DNA of 52,802 nucleotides from an uncultured Candidatus Saccharibacteria bacterium (GCA_964424985.1 CAYRKQ010000004.1:1-52802); one strand, 5' to 3'; positions 9,894-18,604 are shown, counted from the stretch's first letter. Notes: generated by a model not told the origin, from the sequence alone. Translations and numbers: made by a program.

Positions 9894-10914
9894 GGTCGTG
9901 CTCTACCATCAGCTTCACTAGAGCAGGGAAGTCAACTTTACGCTTCCAGCCGAGTTCTTTCTCAGCTTTTGTAGGATCACCAAGTAGTAGATCTACCTCT
10001 GATGGTCGGAAGAATTCAGAATTGATTTTTACTAGGACATTTCCGGTTGCAGAATCGACACCAGCCTCTTCTACTCCCGCGCCTTCCCACTTCAATTCGA
10101 TGCCAATTTCTTTAAAAGCTAGCTCGCAAAACTCACGAATCGAGTGCGTTTCGCCTGTTGCAAGCACGTAATCTTCTGGCTTTTCTTGCTGCAAAATTCG
10201 CCACATGCCTTCTACGTAATCGCCGGCATATCCCCAGTCACGCTTGGCATCAAGATTACCTAGTTCAATAGAGTCTTGTTTACCGTGTTTAATGCGAGCG
10301 ACGGCTTGGCTAATTTTACGAGTTACAAATTCGGGGCCTCGGCGCTCGCCTTCGTGGTTAAACAAAATCCCGCTAACCGCAAACATGTCGTAGTTTTCTC
10401 GGTAGTTTTTAGTTATCCAGTAGCCGTACAGCTTCGCGACGCCATAAGGACTTCGTGGATGAAATGAGGCCTCTTCTGTATAGCCGGCTTCTGGTCGATT
10501 GTAGTCAAGACCACCAAACATTTCTGAGGTTGAAGCTTGGTAAAATTTTGTTGTCTTCTCAAGCCCCGCTAGACGAATAGCTTCGAGCATGTTCAACACC
10601 GCCTTACCAGTTACGTCTGCGGTGAGTAGTGGGTTTTTAAATGAATACCCCACATGACTGATTGCCGCAAGATTGTATACCTCATCTGGCTTAATTTCTT
10701 GCAGCGCTCTGGTGAGTGACGAAAGATCAAGCAGATCTGCTGTTACTATGTGCAGAAAAGGAAATTCTTTTTGTAGCGCCTGATAGCGTGGGTGACTGGC
10801 TTCAATCTGCCCTCGAATCGTGCCGTACACCTCGTAACCTTTTTCATTAAGAAGCTTTGCCAGGTGCCCACCATCTTGCCCAGCAGTTCCAGTAATAAAT
10901 GCACGTTTTGCCAA
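9877..10914 (-). CDS. gmd: GDP-mannose 4,6-dehydratase
   Basis: AFITGTAGQDGGHLAKLLNEKGYEVYG, STSEMFG, YGVAKLYGYWITKNYRE, GILFNHEGERRG. Confidence 0.95.
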   Translation of the reverse strand: MAKRAFITGTAGQDGGHLAKLLNEKGYEVYGTIRGQIEASHPRYQALQKEFPFLHIVTADLLDLSSLTRALQEIKPDEVYNLAAISHVGYSFKNPLLTADVTGKAVLNMLEAIRLAGLEKTTKFYQASTSEMFGGLDYNRPEAGYTEEASFHPRSPYGVAKLYGYWITKNYRENYDMFAVSGILFNHEGERRGPEFVTRKISQAVARIKHGKQDSIELGNLDAKRDWGYAGDYVEGMWRILQQEKPEDYVLATGETHSIREFCELAFKEIGIELKWEGAGVEEAGVDSATGNVLVKINSEFFRPSEVDLLLGDPTKAEKELGWKRKVDFPALVKLMVEHDLKLEA

Positions 10915-10984
10915 CTTTTCCTCCTGTTTTATTAACGTGTAATGACTCTATCATACCAGTTTTTTAAGGTATACTTGTCTAGAT

Positions 10985-12085
10985 ATGAAGCGAATTGTCA
11001 TTGATGCCCGAGAATATCCGACCAGCACCGGTAGATACATTAGAAAGCTCTTGGAGTACCTTGAGAAGATCGATGCAGATTCAGACCGTGAATATGTGGT
11101 TTTAATAAAATCAGCCGATTTTGATAGCTACCAACCAAAAGCGAAGAATTTTTCAAAAGTTATAGCTGATTTTAAAGAATTTACCTTTGCCGAGCAATTT
11201 CCCTTTTTGCGACAGATTCGCAATTTGAAAGCAGATCTTGTTCATTTTGGCATGGTACAGCAACCTGCTTTTTATAGCGGCAACGTCGTCACTACCATGC
11301 ATGATCTCACCACCCTACGGTTTGTGAACCCTGAACGAAGCTCTCTCTACATTAGAACTAAAATGCCCGTGTACGCCTGGCTCAACAAGCGAGTGGCTAA
11401 AAAATCAGCGCACATCATCACCCCTACCGAGTTTGTGAAGCAAGATATTATCAATTACACGGGTGTACCCGCAGATAAAATCACCGTTACACTGGAGTCC
11501 GCTGATAAAATCACTGTTCCTGCAGAAGAATTTAAGCCATTACAAAATCAGCAATACCTTATGTACGTTGGACGAGCCTTGCCGCATAAAAACTTGATGC
11601 GTCTGGTTGACGCGTTTGGCGTTTTGAAGAAAACCCATCCGGATCTAAAGCTGGTGTTAGTCGGCAAGAAAGATTCGCACCTCGATCGCCACCTAGCTTA
11701 TGCTGAAGAACAAAACATTAAAGATGTTATTGCCACCGGCTACGTCTCAGAAGGCCAGCTCAGGTGGCTCTATGAGAATACCGCTTGTTATGTGTTCGCT
11801 TCTCTCTCAGAAGGGTTTGGCTTGCCAAGTCTTGAAGCCATGGCTCACGGTGCGCCCGTCGCTAGCTCTAACGCCACCTGCCTGCCAGAAGTGAATGGTG
11901 ACGCGGCGCATTACTTTGACCCCCTTGATATTAACGATATGGCTGATAAGATCAACGACGTCTTAACAGATGAAACACTGCGAAAAGCGCTCATTAAAAA
12001 AGGTGCTGAGCAAGTAAAGAAATATTCTTGGGAACGCATGGCCGAGCAAACACTTTCTGTTTACAAAAAGTGTTTGCGGGGCTAG
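10985..12085 (+). CDS. Glycosyltransferase family 4
   Basis: 366 aa. FASLSEGFGLPSLEAMAHGAPVASSNATCLPEV. Confidence 0.8.
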   Translation: MKRIVIDAREYPTSTGRYIRKLLEYLEKIDADSDREYVVLIKSADFDSYQPKAKNFSKVIADFKEFTFAEQFPFLRQIRNLKADLVHFGMVQQPAFYSGNVVTTMHDLTTLRFVNPERSSLYIRTKMPVYAWLNKRVAKKSAHIITPTEFVKQDIINYTGVPADKITVTLESADKITVPAEEFKPLQNQQYLMYVGRALPHKNLMRLVDAFGVLKKTHPDLKLVLVGKKDSHLDRHLAYAEEQNIKDVIATGYVSEGQLRWLYENTACYVFASLSEGFGLPSLEAMAHGAPVASSNATCLPEVNGDAAHYFDPLDINDMADKINDVLTDETLRKALIKKGAEQVKKYSWERMAEQTLSVYKKCLRG

Positions 12086-12112
12086 GGATTGGTTACTAGT
12101 TACTGGGGTGGG

Positions 12113-12502
12113 CTATAAAAGAGCTGCCTCTTTGAGGTCACGGGCTAATTTTCTATCGAATGTATAGAGCGGTTCAGCGTCGTTCAGTCTGGCCTGCACT
12201 GCCAAGCAGACATCTACAAACGAAACACTTTTATTACGCTCGTAAAGTGGTAAAACCTGCTGTAACATCGTTTTATTACACGTAACGGTATCTACGTTTA
12301 CGATGGCACGAATATTATCAACCACACCGCCCCTGTTCATTTCATAGCCTTTATTGAGCACGTATTCAACTTCACTAAATACGAGGTCGCTAATGTGGCA
12401 TTCTTGGCTCTTTAGTTGGCGCTCTACCGCCAACCGCTCCTTTTCTCTACCGGGCAGCAGCAACGCCAACACTGCATTTGTATCGAGTGAACAAGCTCTC
12501 AC
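12113..12502 (-). CDS. vapC: PIN-domain toxin (VapC family)
   Basis: 129 aa. N-terminal LDTN acidic motif. 4-nt overlap with the upstream antitoxin gene. Confidence 0.7.
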   Translation of the reverse strand: MRACSLDTNAVLALLLPGREKERLAVERQLKSQECHISDLVFSEVEYVLNKGYEMNRGGVVDNIRAIVNVDTVTCNKTMLQQVLPLYERNKSVSFVDVCLAVQARLNDAEPLYTFDRKLARDLKEAALL

Positions 12503-12765
12503 GCTCTATACTTCTTTTTAATAGCTACCACCCGCGCTTTATCTGCACGTTTTTTAGCCTCTGCCAGCGTAAGATCTGGTGTAGTTTTATGTATATGAAC
12601 CTGGTTACGACGTCTCACCTCTTCTAAGGTAAGTGCCTTTTCTATTACAACTCCGCCTTTGGCAAAGGCAAATGTCAGACGAGATCCTGGTTTTAAATTT
12701 AAATAGTCACGGACCTCTTTAGGTATAGTGGTTGTTCCTTTAGATGTAATGACCGTGCTCTTCAT
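12499..12765 (-). CDS. AbrB/SpoVT-type antitoxin (VapB-like)
   Basis: 88 aa. Swapped-hairpin motif GTTTIPKEVRDYLNLKPGSRL. Confidence 0.7.
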   Translation of the reverse strand: MKSTVITSKGTTTIPKEVRDYLNLKPGSRLTFAFAKGGVVIEKALTLEEVRRRNQVHIHKTTPDLTLAEAKKRADKARVVAIKKKYRA

Positions 12766-12771
12766 TCTTAC

Positions 12772-12800
12772 ATACTAGTAAAAGTAATACTTTTTGTCAA
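12772..12800 (-). promoter_or_regulatory. Sigma70-like promoter for the AbrB-VapC operon, leaderless geometry
   Basis: On the minus strand: TTGACA (12795-12800), 17 nt, TAGTAT (12772-12777), then 6 nt to the ATG at 12763-12765. Confidence 0.55.
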
Positions 12801-12836
12801 TGGTAATACTTTGAGAGTATACATTGAAGTAAGTAC

Positions 12837-12866
12837 TTGACTAGACCTAGTCTAGTCTGCTATACT
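12837..12866 (+). promoter_or_regulatory. Sigma70-like promoter plus palindromic operator for the Phd-VapC operon, leaderless geometry
   Basis: TTGACT (12837-12842), 18 nt, TATACT (12861-12866), then 6 nt to ATG 12873. The spacer contains the inverted repeat GACTAGAC-cta-GTCTAGTC (12839-12857). Confidence 0.55.
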
Positions 12867-12872
12867 GCAGTT

Positions 12873-13091
12873 ATGATTATCAACACCTATGACGCCAAGA
12901 CCAATCTTTCTAAGCTGCTCGCCCGGGTAGAAGCTGGCGAAACTATTACTATCGCTAAGGCTGGCAAGCCTATTGCGGAGCTAAAACCCCATTCCCCCGC
13001 TAAAACATATTACGATATGATCGGTACTGTTAAGCCGCAACCGACCGATGCCACAAAGCGGGTAAGAAAGCTTCGTGATAACTGGAGGTAA
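12873..13091 (+). CDS. Phd/YefM-type antitoxin
   Basis: MIINTYDAKTNLSKLLARVEAGETITIAKAGKPIAEL. ATG 12873 is preferred because the promoter occupies the upstream part of the listed ORF. Confidence 0.7.
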   Translation: MIINTYDAKTNLSKLLARVEAGETITIAKAGKPIAELKPHSPAKTYYDMIGTVKPQPTDATKRVRKLRDNWR

Positions 13092-13094
13092 GAA

Positions 13095-13469
13095 GTGGTA
13101 TATGTAGACACCAACATTCTTATTTACCTGTTGGAAGGAAAAGAATGGTCGCATCCGATTGCCGACAAACTCACCGCCCTATCACTTCCACTTAAAACTT
13201 CCGCCCTGACAATTACTGAATTTCTATCCGGAGCAATTAATTTTGAGGACGCCAGAGCATCACTTTACCAGATGCCCTCACTGGTTTTTATAAAAGTAAA
13301 TGAACCGATTGCTGAACGAGCTGCGGATCTGCAGAAGAATCACGGTCTTAAGATTGGCGATGCTCTTCATCTTGCCACGGCCATTGAAGGCGATTGCACG
13401 TACTTTTTCACTAATGATCTAAAGTTAGCAAAAGCTGCAGGCAAGTATCTTGCAGTTTTAAAACCATAA
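13095..13469 (+). CDS. vapC: PIN-domain toxin (VapC family)
   Basis: VYVDTNILIYLL and GDALHLATAI motifs. GTG start just after the antitoxin stop. Confidence 0.75.
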   Translation: MVYVDTNILIYLLEGKEWSHPIADKLTALSLPLKTSALTITEFLSGAINFEDARASLYQMPSLVFIKVNEPIAERAADLQKNHGLKIGDALHLATAIEGDCTYFFTNDLKLAKAAGKYLAVLKP

Positions 13470-13503
13470 ATAAGACCGCTAAAAGGTAGTTTCTGATCTG
13501 GTG

Positions 13504-13971
13504 CTAGTTTCCGCTAAATTCTAAAACAATATGCCGCTCGCGCCCTTCACCTTCGGAGTGACTGGTGATGTCACTGTAATCTTCAAGGCCGCGGTGAATG
13601 GTGCGCCGGTCGGCTCCGTTCATGGGCTGTAGCGCCTTACTTTTTTTTGCTTCGCGAACTTCTTTTACCCACTCTCCGAGCTGCTGTAGCAATTTTTCAG
13701 CGCGGTGTTTTTTATAATCAGCAATGTCAATATTCACCCGCGTCAGGGGTGCCTCTGCATTTTTTAGCATCGTGCTCACCAGTGCCTGCAAAGCTCTGAG
13801 TGTTTCACCGTTTGAACCGATTAAAAAGCCGTTTAAGTGGGTTGAAGGCACGTTCAGCTCAATCACGTCTTCGTCGTGAGAACTGGTGACAACGGCATTT
13901 AAACCAAAGAATGAGAGAATATCTTCAAGATACTTTCGGGCCGTTTCTATCGCTTGATCCTGCTCGCTCAT
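13504..13971 (-). CDS. jag: Jag/SpoIIIJ-associated RNA-binding protein (KH plus R3H)
   Basis: R3H-like LQPMNGADRRTIHRGLEDY. 1-nt overlap with yidC. Conserved yidC-jag order. Confidence 0.8.
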   Translation of the reverse strand: MSEQDQAIETARKYLEDILSFFGLNAVVTSSHDEDVIELNVPSTHLNGFLIGSNGETLRALQALVSTMLKNAEAPLTRVNIDIADYKKHRAEKLLQQLGEWVKEVREAKKSKALQPMNGADRRTIHRGLEDYSDITSHSEGEGRERHIVLEFSGN

Positions 13972-14960
13972 TATCGCCTCTTCTTTCGTTTCGCCTTCTT
14001 CTTTTGAGGAACGCCTGAAGGAGCAATAATACGTGTTTTGGTGGTGACCTTTCCTTTATTTGTTTTTTCAGTGACGCTGGGTTCTTCTTTTTTAGGTGGA
14101 ACGGGCTTCTTTTTTACTGAAACCACTTCGGCGACCTCTTCCATTTCTTCAGTGTCTTTTTTGAAGATCAGTGACTGCTGGAAGATACCAATGGCGCTAG
14201 AGGCCAGCAGATAGACAACCATGGCACCTTGAGTGAACAGACCAAAGGACAGCGTTAGAATCGGCATTAAGTAGGTCATGGTGCCACCCATAGCCGCGGC
14301 CATGTCTTCTTGCTCGGGTTGCTTACCACTACCGGATGCTTTGAGGATGTCGCGCAGACGCTTTTTGTTCTTTTGTTCGGGGAGAATCTGCTTAGTTTGA
14401 TAAAACGCCAGTACCGTGGCAGCAAGCGCTAGTAGTAACAGCGGCCAGTAAACAGCGCCACCGGCAATTGCTTTTTTACTCAGATCAATAAAGCCAAAGC
14501 TAATATAGCTAAAGACGCTATTATTTTGAATCACCTCTTGAACGTGAGGAATCTTCTGAACAAATGAATACGTAAAGTTGCCGATATCGCCTAGGTTCTC
14601 AGTCAGGTGACGCGCCGCCTGGAAGACCCCAATAAAGAGCGGCAGTTGAATAAGCGTCAGGCCGATTGAACCAAACGGGCTAATGCCCCTTTCTTTGTAG
14701 AGTTCCATCATGAGAGCGGCCTCTTTTTGTTTATCCCCTGCTGCTGCCTTTTTTACTTTTTTAAGCTCAGGCTGCAGATCGCGCATTTTTTTACTTTGGT
14801 GAAGCTGTTTTTTGAGCAGTGGCCACATGGCTAAACGGATCACCACGGTGAAAACAATTAAACTCAGGCCCAGGTCGTGCCCAGGAAGCAAGCCATAAAT
14901 GGCGACCAGCAAGTTATAAAGCGGTTGGACAATCAGCGTTTGAAACATTACACCTATCAT
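13971..14960 (-). CDS. yidC: Membrane protein insertase YidC
   Basis: 329-aa polytopic protein. RLAMWPLLKKQLHQSKKMRDLQPELKK block and polybasic C-tail. Sits in the rpmH-rnpA-yidC-jag neighbourhood. Confidence 0.9.
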   Translation of the reverse strand: MIGVMFQTLIVQPLYNLLVAIYGLLPGHDLGLSLIVFTVVIRLAMWPLLKKQLHQSKKMRDLQPELKKVKKAAAGDKQKEAALMMELYKERGISPFGSIGLTLIQLPLFIGVFQAARHLTENLGDIGNFTYSFVQKIPHVQEVIQNNSVFSYISFGFIDLSKKAIAGGAVYWPLLLLALAATVLAFYQTKQILPEQKNKKRLRDILKASGSGKQPEQEDMAAAMGGTMTYLMPILTLSFGLFTQGAMVVYLLASSAIGIFQQSLIFKKDTEEMEEVAEVVSVKKKPVPPKKEEPSVTEKTNKGKVTTKTRIIAPSGVPQKKKAKRKKRR

Positions 14961-15271
14961 ACCACATCTTATGGGTTAGGGACTGGGGTATGGGTACTGG
15001 GTGGTAGGGGCCTCGAGACCCGGGGGCTAGTAGATGTTTTTCCTTTGTTTAGTAGCTAACGAAAACAGTGTGTCGCCTTTTTAGTCGCAAACAAGCAGGT
15101 GTCCGGCTAACGCCGGACTTGAAGCAAAGGTGGTTCAGATTGGCTGGGGCTCGAGTTCCTTAATAGAACTTTTTCAACTCAAGAGGATGACCCGATTGTC
15201 GATGTAGATGAGATTCGAGAGCTACTTGATGAAAACGATTGTTATATTCGAAAGTGAGATAGTCTTATTAG

Positions 15272-16330
15272 TCATTGTGGCGCAATATTATAGTTGTTAG
15301 CAGCAAATATATACTGCTCAATGAAAAGCTTCTTAAATGGCACCACGCTATTTTGCTCATAGAATACGAGTGTAGCTTCTTTGTAGTCTCTATCATCGAT
15401 GCTACGATAAGAGAGCGGGGCGAGGCCGTCACTAAGCAGTATTGCATTACCTAGCAATCTACTGGTTCGCTTATTGCCATCAACAAACGGTTGGATATAA
15501 CTTATACCAAGCACGCTTAGAAGTGCCTTTTCATACACATTGTCGGTATCTGCAATCCATGCAAACAATCGTTCTAGTGCCTCTCGAATTTGAAACTCGC
15601 TATCTAGGGGTCGGTAATTTGTTCCTGTTATACCGACTATACCCTTTCGTAGGTTACGTGAAATATTGAGGTTTTTACCTACAATGGCGTGAAGTTTCTC
15701 TAGCTGGGCAATGGTCGGATTTTTCCATGTCTTAATATCTTCAAATATGAACTCTAGGGCATCTTTTTGATTAAGTATCATTTGGGATTCATATTCAGTA
15801 TTACTTTCTGACTTTTCACCGTATCGAAGCAAACGTTCAGTTGATATCAAATCATATGTATTTCCTTCGATTTGCGATGTTTTCCACGAAAACTCGACAA
15901 TAAAGCGTAGTAGCTCTTTATTGTGAACACTGTTATCTGCTTGACGCGCATTAGCATGGTATAGGTCTGTAGCCGTTCCAAGTTGAACTACCTCTTCTTC
16001 TGATAATAGAGGTGCATATGGTTCTTCGAAAAGGGTAAAGTTAAATGAGGTATTCCCACCACGACTATCGGGATTGATGCCTAGGTAGGATCCTACGTTA
16101 ATCGGTTTAAGAAGTAGCCCTTTTTTTGAAAGCGTATATACTACTGATCTACCAGCGCCACTTTGTGAGAGTAACCCTGATTCAACCAATTCTGATAAGC
16201 GTCGTTTTACCGTCACCAAAGAAACCTCAGAAATCCCCTTATGAACCTGGGATGAGCTAAGACTATTGTCTGCGGTGAACAAAGCTAGTATTTTCTTATT
16301 CGTATCATTCATGTGCTTTAATCGTATCAT
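15272..16330 (-). CDS. Fic/DOC family protein with N-terminal winged helix and degenerate active-site motif
   Basis: IQPFVDGNKRTSRLLGNA aligns to HxFx(D/E)GNGRxxR with Q in place of the catalytic H. N-terminal wHTH-like VTVKRRLSELVESGLL. Alternative start at 16312. Confidence 0.8.
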   Translation of the reverse strand: MIRLKHMNDTNKKILALFTADNSLSSSQVHKGISEVSLVTVKRRLSELVESGLLSQSGAGRSVVYTLSKKGLLLKPINVGSYLGINPDSRGGNTSFNFTLFEEPYAPLLSEEEVVQLGTATDLYHANARQADNSVHNKELLRFIVEFSWKTSQIEGNTYDLISTERLLRYGEKSESNTEYESQMILNQKDALEFIFEDIKTWKNPTIAQLEKLHAIVGKNLNISRNLRKGIVGITGTNYRPLDSEFQIREALERLFAWIADTDNVYEKALLSVLGISYIQPFVDGNKRTSRLLGNAILLSDGLAPLSYRSIDDRDYKEATLVFYEQNSVVPFKKLFIEQYIFAANNYNIAPQ

Positions 16331-16342
16331 AGTGATACGATT
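16320..16342. promoter_or_regulatory. Perfect 10-bp inverted repeat over the fic start region (candidate operator)
   Basis: AATCGTATCA-tag-TGATACGATT. A third half-site-like TCGTATCA lies at about 16300-16307. Confidence 0.3.
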
Positions 16343-16520
16343 AGTGTCAATATGTTTATGCTATAAAAGTTTGGTCGTCCTGTTTGCCCTGTCGAAAATA
16401 TAACTTTTTTGATCTGAAGTTTCTGGATAATGTATTTGGCTGGGGGGTAGGGACTGGTTACTAGCGAGCCCGCAAAGCCGCTGCAGCCACCCCCATTACC
16501 TAGTACCCGCAGACCATGCC

Positions 16521-16871
16521 CTATCTTTTGTAGAGATTAGCTTTGTGAAGTAGTTCAACGATGTTTTTGTTGAGCTCAGCTGACGACATGGTAGCAGCGC
16601 GCTCATCGAAAACGGTGATTACTAAGTCGTAAGGAGTTTCGAGCATTGACCAGTGTTGGCGCGCTGTTTCGTAGACGCGGCGGCGAATGCGGTTGCGAAT
16701 GGGGGCTTTTTTGGTGACTTTTTTAGAAACAATAACCGCCAGGCGATTTTCTATTCGCCGGCCGTTGTTGGTGTATTTGAGCTGAAAGAACCCCGCTCTA
16801 ACACTCTTGCCTTTGGAGTGCACAAAATTGAGGCTATTATGCCCATGAAAGCGAAAAAGTTTTTTGAGCAT
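16521..16871 (-). CDS. rnpA: Ribonuclease P protein component
   Basis: 116-aa basic protein. AVIVSKKVTKKAPIRNRIRRRVYE. Lies immediately downstream of rpmH. Confidence 0.9.
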   Translation of the reverse strand: MLKKLFRFHGHNSLNFVHSKGKSVRAGFFQLKYTNNGRRIENRLAVIVSKKVTKKAPIRNRIRRRVYETARQHWSMLETPYDLVITVFDERAATMSSAELNKNIVELLHKANLYKR

Positions 16872-16873
16872 GG

Positions 16874-17011
16874 CTAGTAACTAAGGCGCGCGCGGCCTTT
16901 TAGGCGACGGTTTTTAAGCGTTTTCCGGCCAGAGGCTGAACTCATGCGAATACGAAAGCCGTGCTTTTTTTGGGCGTGGCGTTTCTTCGGTTGATGGGTG
17001 CGTTTAGGCAT
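16874..17011 (-). CDS. rpmH: 50S ribosomal protein L34
   Basis: Absent from the ORF track (45 aa). Manual minus-strand translation gives [45 protein letters not shown]. The stop lies 2 nt before the rnpA start. Confidence 0.95.
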   Translation of the reverse strand: MPKRTHQPKKRHAQKKHGFRIRMSSASGRKTLKNRRLKGRARLSY

Positions 17012-17071
17012 GGTTGGTAACTCCTGTAACTTCGTTGATTTTTAGTTAGACATATTGTATCACAATTTCCC

Positions 17072-17186
17072 TTTTCCACATAACCCCTTCCTCTTTCCAC
17101 ATGCCCTACCCTGTTAATCTGCGGCTGTGGAAAAGTTTGCTGTGAGAGTGGTGATTCAGTACCGCCCACTATCCACTTGTGGAAAA
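17072..17186. promoter_or_regulatory. DnaA-box cluster upstream of dnaA (candidate oriC part 1 / dnaA promoter region)
   Basis: TTTTCCACA 17072-17080, CTTTCCACA 17093-17101, TGTGGAAAA 17126-17134, CTATCCACT 17169-17177, TGTGGAAAA 17178-17186. Each differs from TTATCCACA at 1-2 positions. Confidence 0.7.
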
Positions 17187-17237
17187 GTGTCAATCTTTTG
17201 TATAGTGGTTGGTAGGAAACAAAAGTGAGGGAGCTAC

Positions 17238-18566
17238 ATGTACGATACCGTTTGGCGATCAGTCTTGGCAGAAATAGAGGTCAGTGTTTCGCGGGGAAAC
17301 TACATGACGTGGTTTAAAAACACCGAGCTCTTGGAAGAACGCGATGGCCACGTTACCATAGCCGTGCCCAACGTTTTTGCCCGGCAGCAGTTTGAAATTA
17401 AGTACAACGACACCATTAAAGAACTGCTTGAAAAACACGGGGTGCAGGCCGAGCGAATTTCGTACACCTTCGCCTCTTCTGGCAAAGCACGCCCTAAGGC
17501 AGAGCCACTTCCTGCGCACGTGGCTCAGCCGGCAAAATCAAGTGCCCGGCAGCAGCTTTCCATTAACGAAAAATATACCTTCGATTCATTTATTGTTGGC
17601 TCCAGTAACGAACTTGCGTACGCCGCCTGCCAATCAATTGCCACGAACCCCGGCACCAAGTATAATCCCCTCTTTATTTACGGTGGTGTGGGGCTGGGCA
17701 AAACACACCTTATTCAAGCTGTTGGTAATGGCATTAAACAAACCCGGCCCGAGGCCAAGATTGTCTACGTTTCAACCGAAACCTTTATTAGCGAATTTCT
17801 CGATAGCATTCGGTTTAAAAAACAAGGCTTTGCTGATAAGTACCGTAGCGCTGATGTGCTAATTGTTGACGATATTCAATTTATTGCCGGCAAAGAAAAA
17901 ACCCAAGAAGAGTTCTTTCACACTTTTAACGCGCTGCACCAAGCCAACAAACAGATTATTCTGAGCAGTGATAAATCACCTAAGGCTATTCCGACACTTG
18001 AAGAACGCTTGAGGAGCCGCTTTGAATGGGGTATGGCTATTGATGTGCAAGCTCCAGACTTTGAAACTCGCCAAGCCATTTTACAGGCCAAGGCGCAGCT
18101 GCACGACGTCACGCTTGATTCGCAGGTGGTTGAATACCTAGCTAAAAACATCCAGACGAATATTCGTGAACTGGAAGGCGCACTGAATCAGCTGCTGGCT
18201 TTTTGTGAGCTCCGGCAGATTGAACCAGACCTCATCACCGCCCAAGCCCTCTTGAAAGGGCGCCATCATCGACCCCGATCGCTCACCCCAAAAATGGTGG
18301 TGGAAAGAACCGCCCAACACTTTGACATCAGTGTGAAAGAAATCACTGGCCCCAAACGAGATAAAGACATTGTGCTGCCACGGCAAGTGGCTATGTATCT
18401 GCTACGGAGTGAGCTGCATGTAAGCTTTCCTAAAATTGCCCGGGAACTAGGGCGAACCGATCACACTACGGCGCTGCACTCCATTGATAAAATTGAACAC
18501 CTTTTAACCACCGATTACGTTATGCGTCAGCATTTAGAAGAGATTCGGGAGCTCCTACATGTGTAA
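17238..18566 (+). CDS. dnaA: Chromosomal replication initiator protein DnaA
   Basis: Walker A GGVGLGKTHL, Walker B VLIVDDIQF, sensor NIRELEGAL. C-terminal DNA-binding block RQVAMYLLR...TDHTTALHS. Confidence 0.97.
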   Translation: MYDTVWRSVLAEIEVSVSRGNYMTWFKNTELLEERDGHVTIAVPNVFARQQFEIKYNDTIKELLEKHGVQAERISYTFASSGKARPKAEPLPAHVAQPAKSSARQQLSINEKYTFDSFIVGSSNELAYAACQSIATNPGTKYNPLFIYGGVGLGKTHLIQAVGNGIKQTRPEAKIVYVSTETFISEFLDSIRFKKQGFADKYRSADVLIVDDIQFIAGKEKTQEEFFHTFNALHQANKQIILSSDKSPKAIPTLEERLRSRFEWGMAIDVQAPDFETRQAILQAKAQLHDVTLDSQVVEYLAKNIQTNIRELEGALNQLLAFCELRQIEPDLITAQALLKGRHHRPRSLTPKMVVERTAQHFDISVKEITGPKRDKDIVLPRQVAMYLLRSELHVSFPKIARELGRTDHTTALHSIDKIEHLLTTDYVMRQHLEEIRELLHV

Positions 18567-18604
18567 AAACTGCGTACAACCTTTGCAAAAGCGCGGGATA
18601 GTTT

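Noticed and set aside
14975-14981. Telomere-like TTAGGG within the G-rich tract.
   Set aside because: It is a single occurrence embedded in a broader G-tract motif and is coincidental.
15060-15271. A stop-free frame of about 53 codons ending ...EDDPIVDVDEIRELLDENDCYIRK* downstream of fic, plus the hairpin GTCCGGC-taac-GCCGGAC at about 15101-15118.
   Set aside because: There is no start codon or recognisable motif. It may be a gene remnant, but this cannot be supported from sequence alone.
17377-17862. Long alternative-frame or antisense ORFs inside well-supported genes. Examples are 17377-17862 in dnaA, 27105-27584 antisense to virB4, 34460-34966 antisense to pilin genes, and 47926-48309.
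   Set aside because: These are shadow ORFs with low-complexity or atypical composition, fully embedded in genes with strong motif support.
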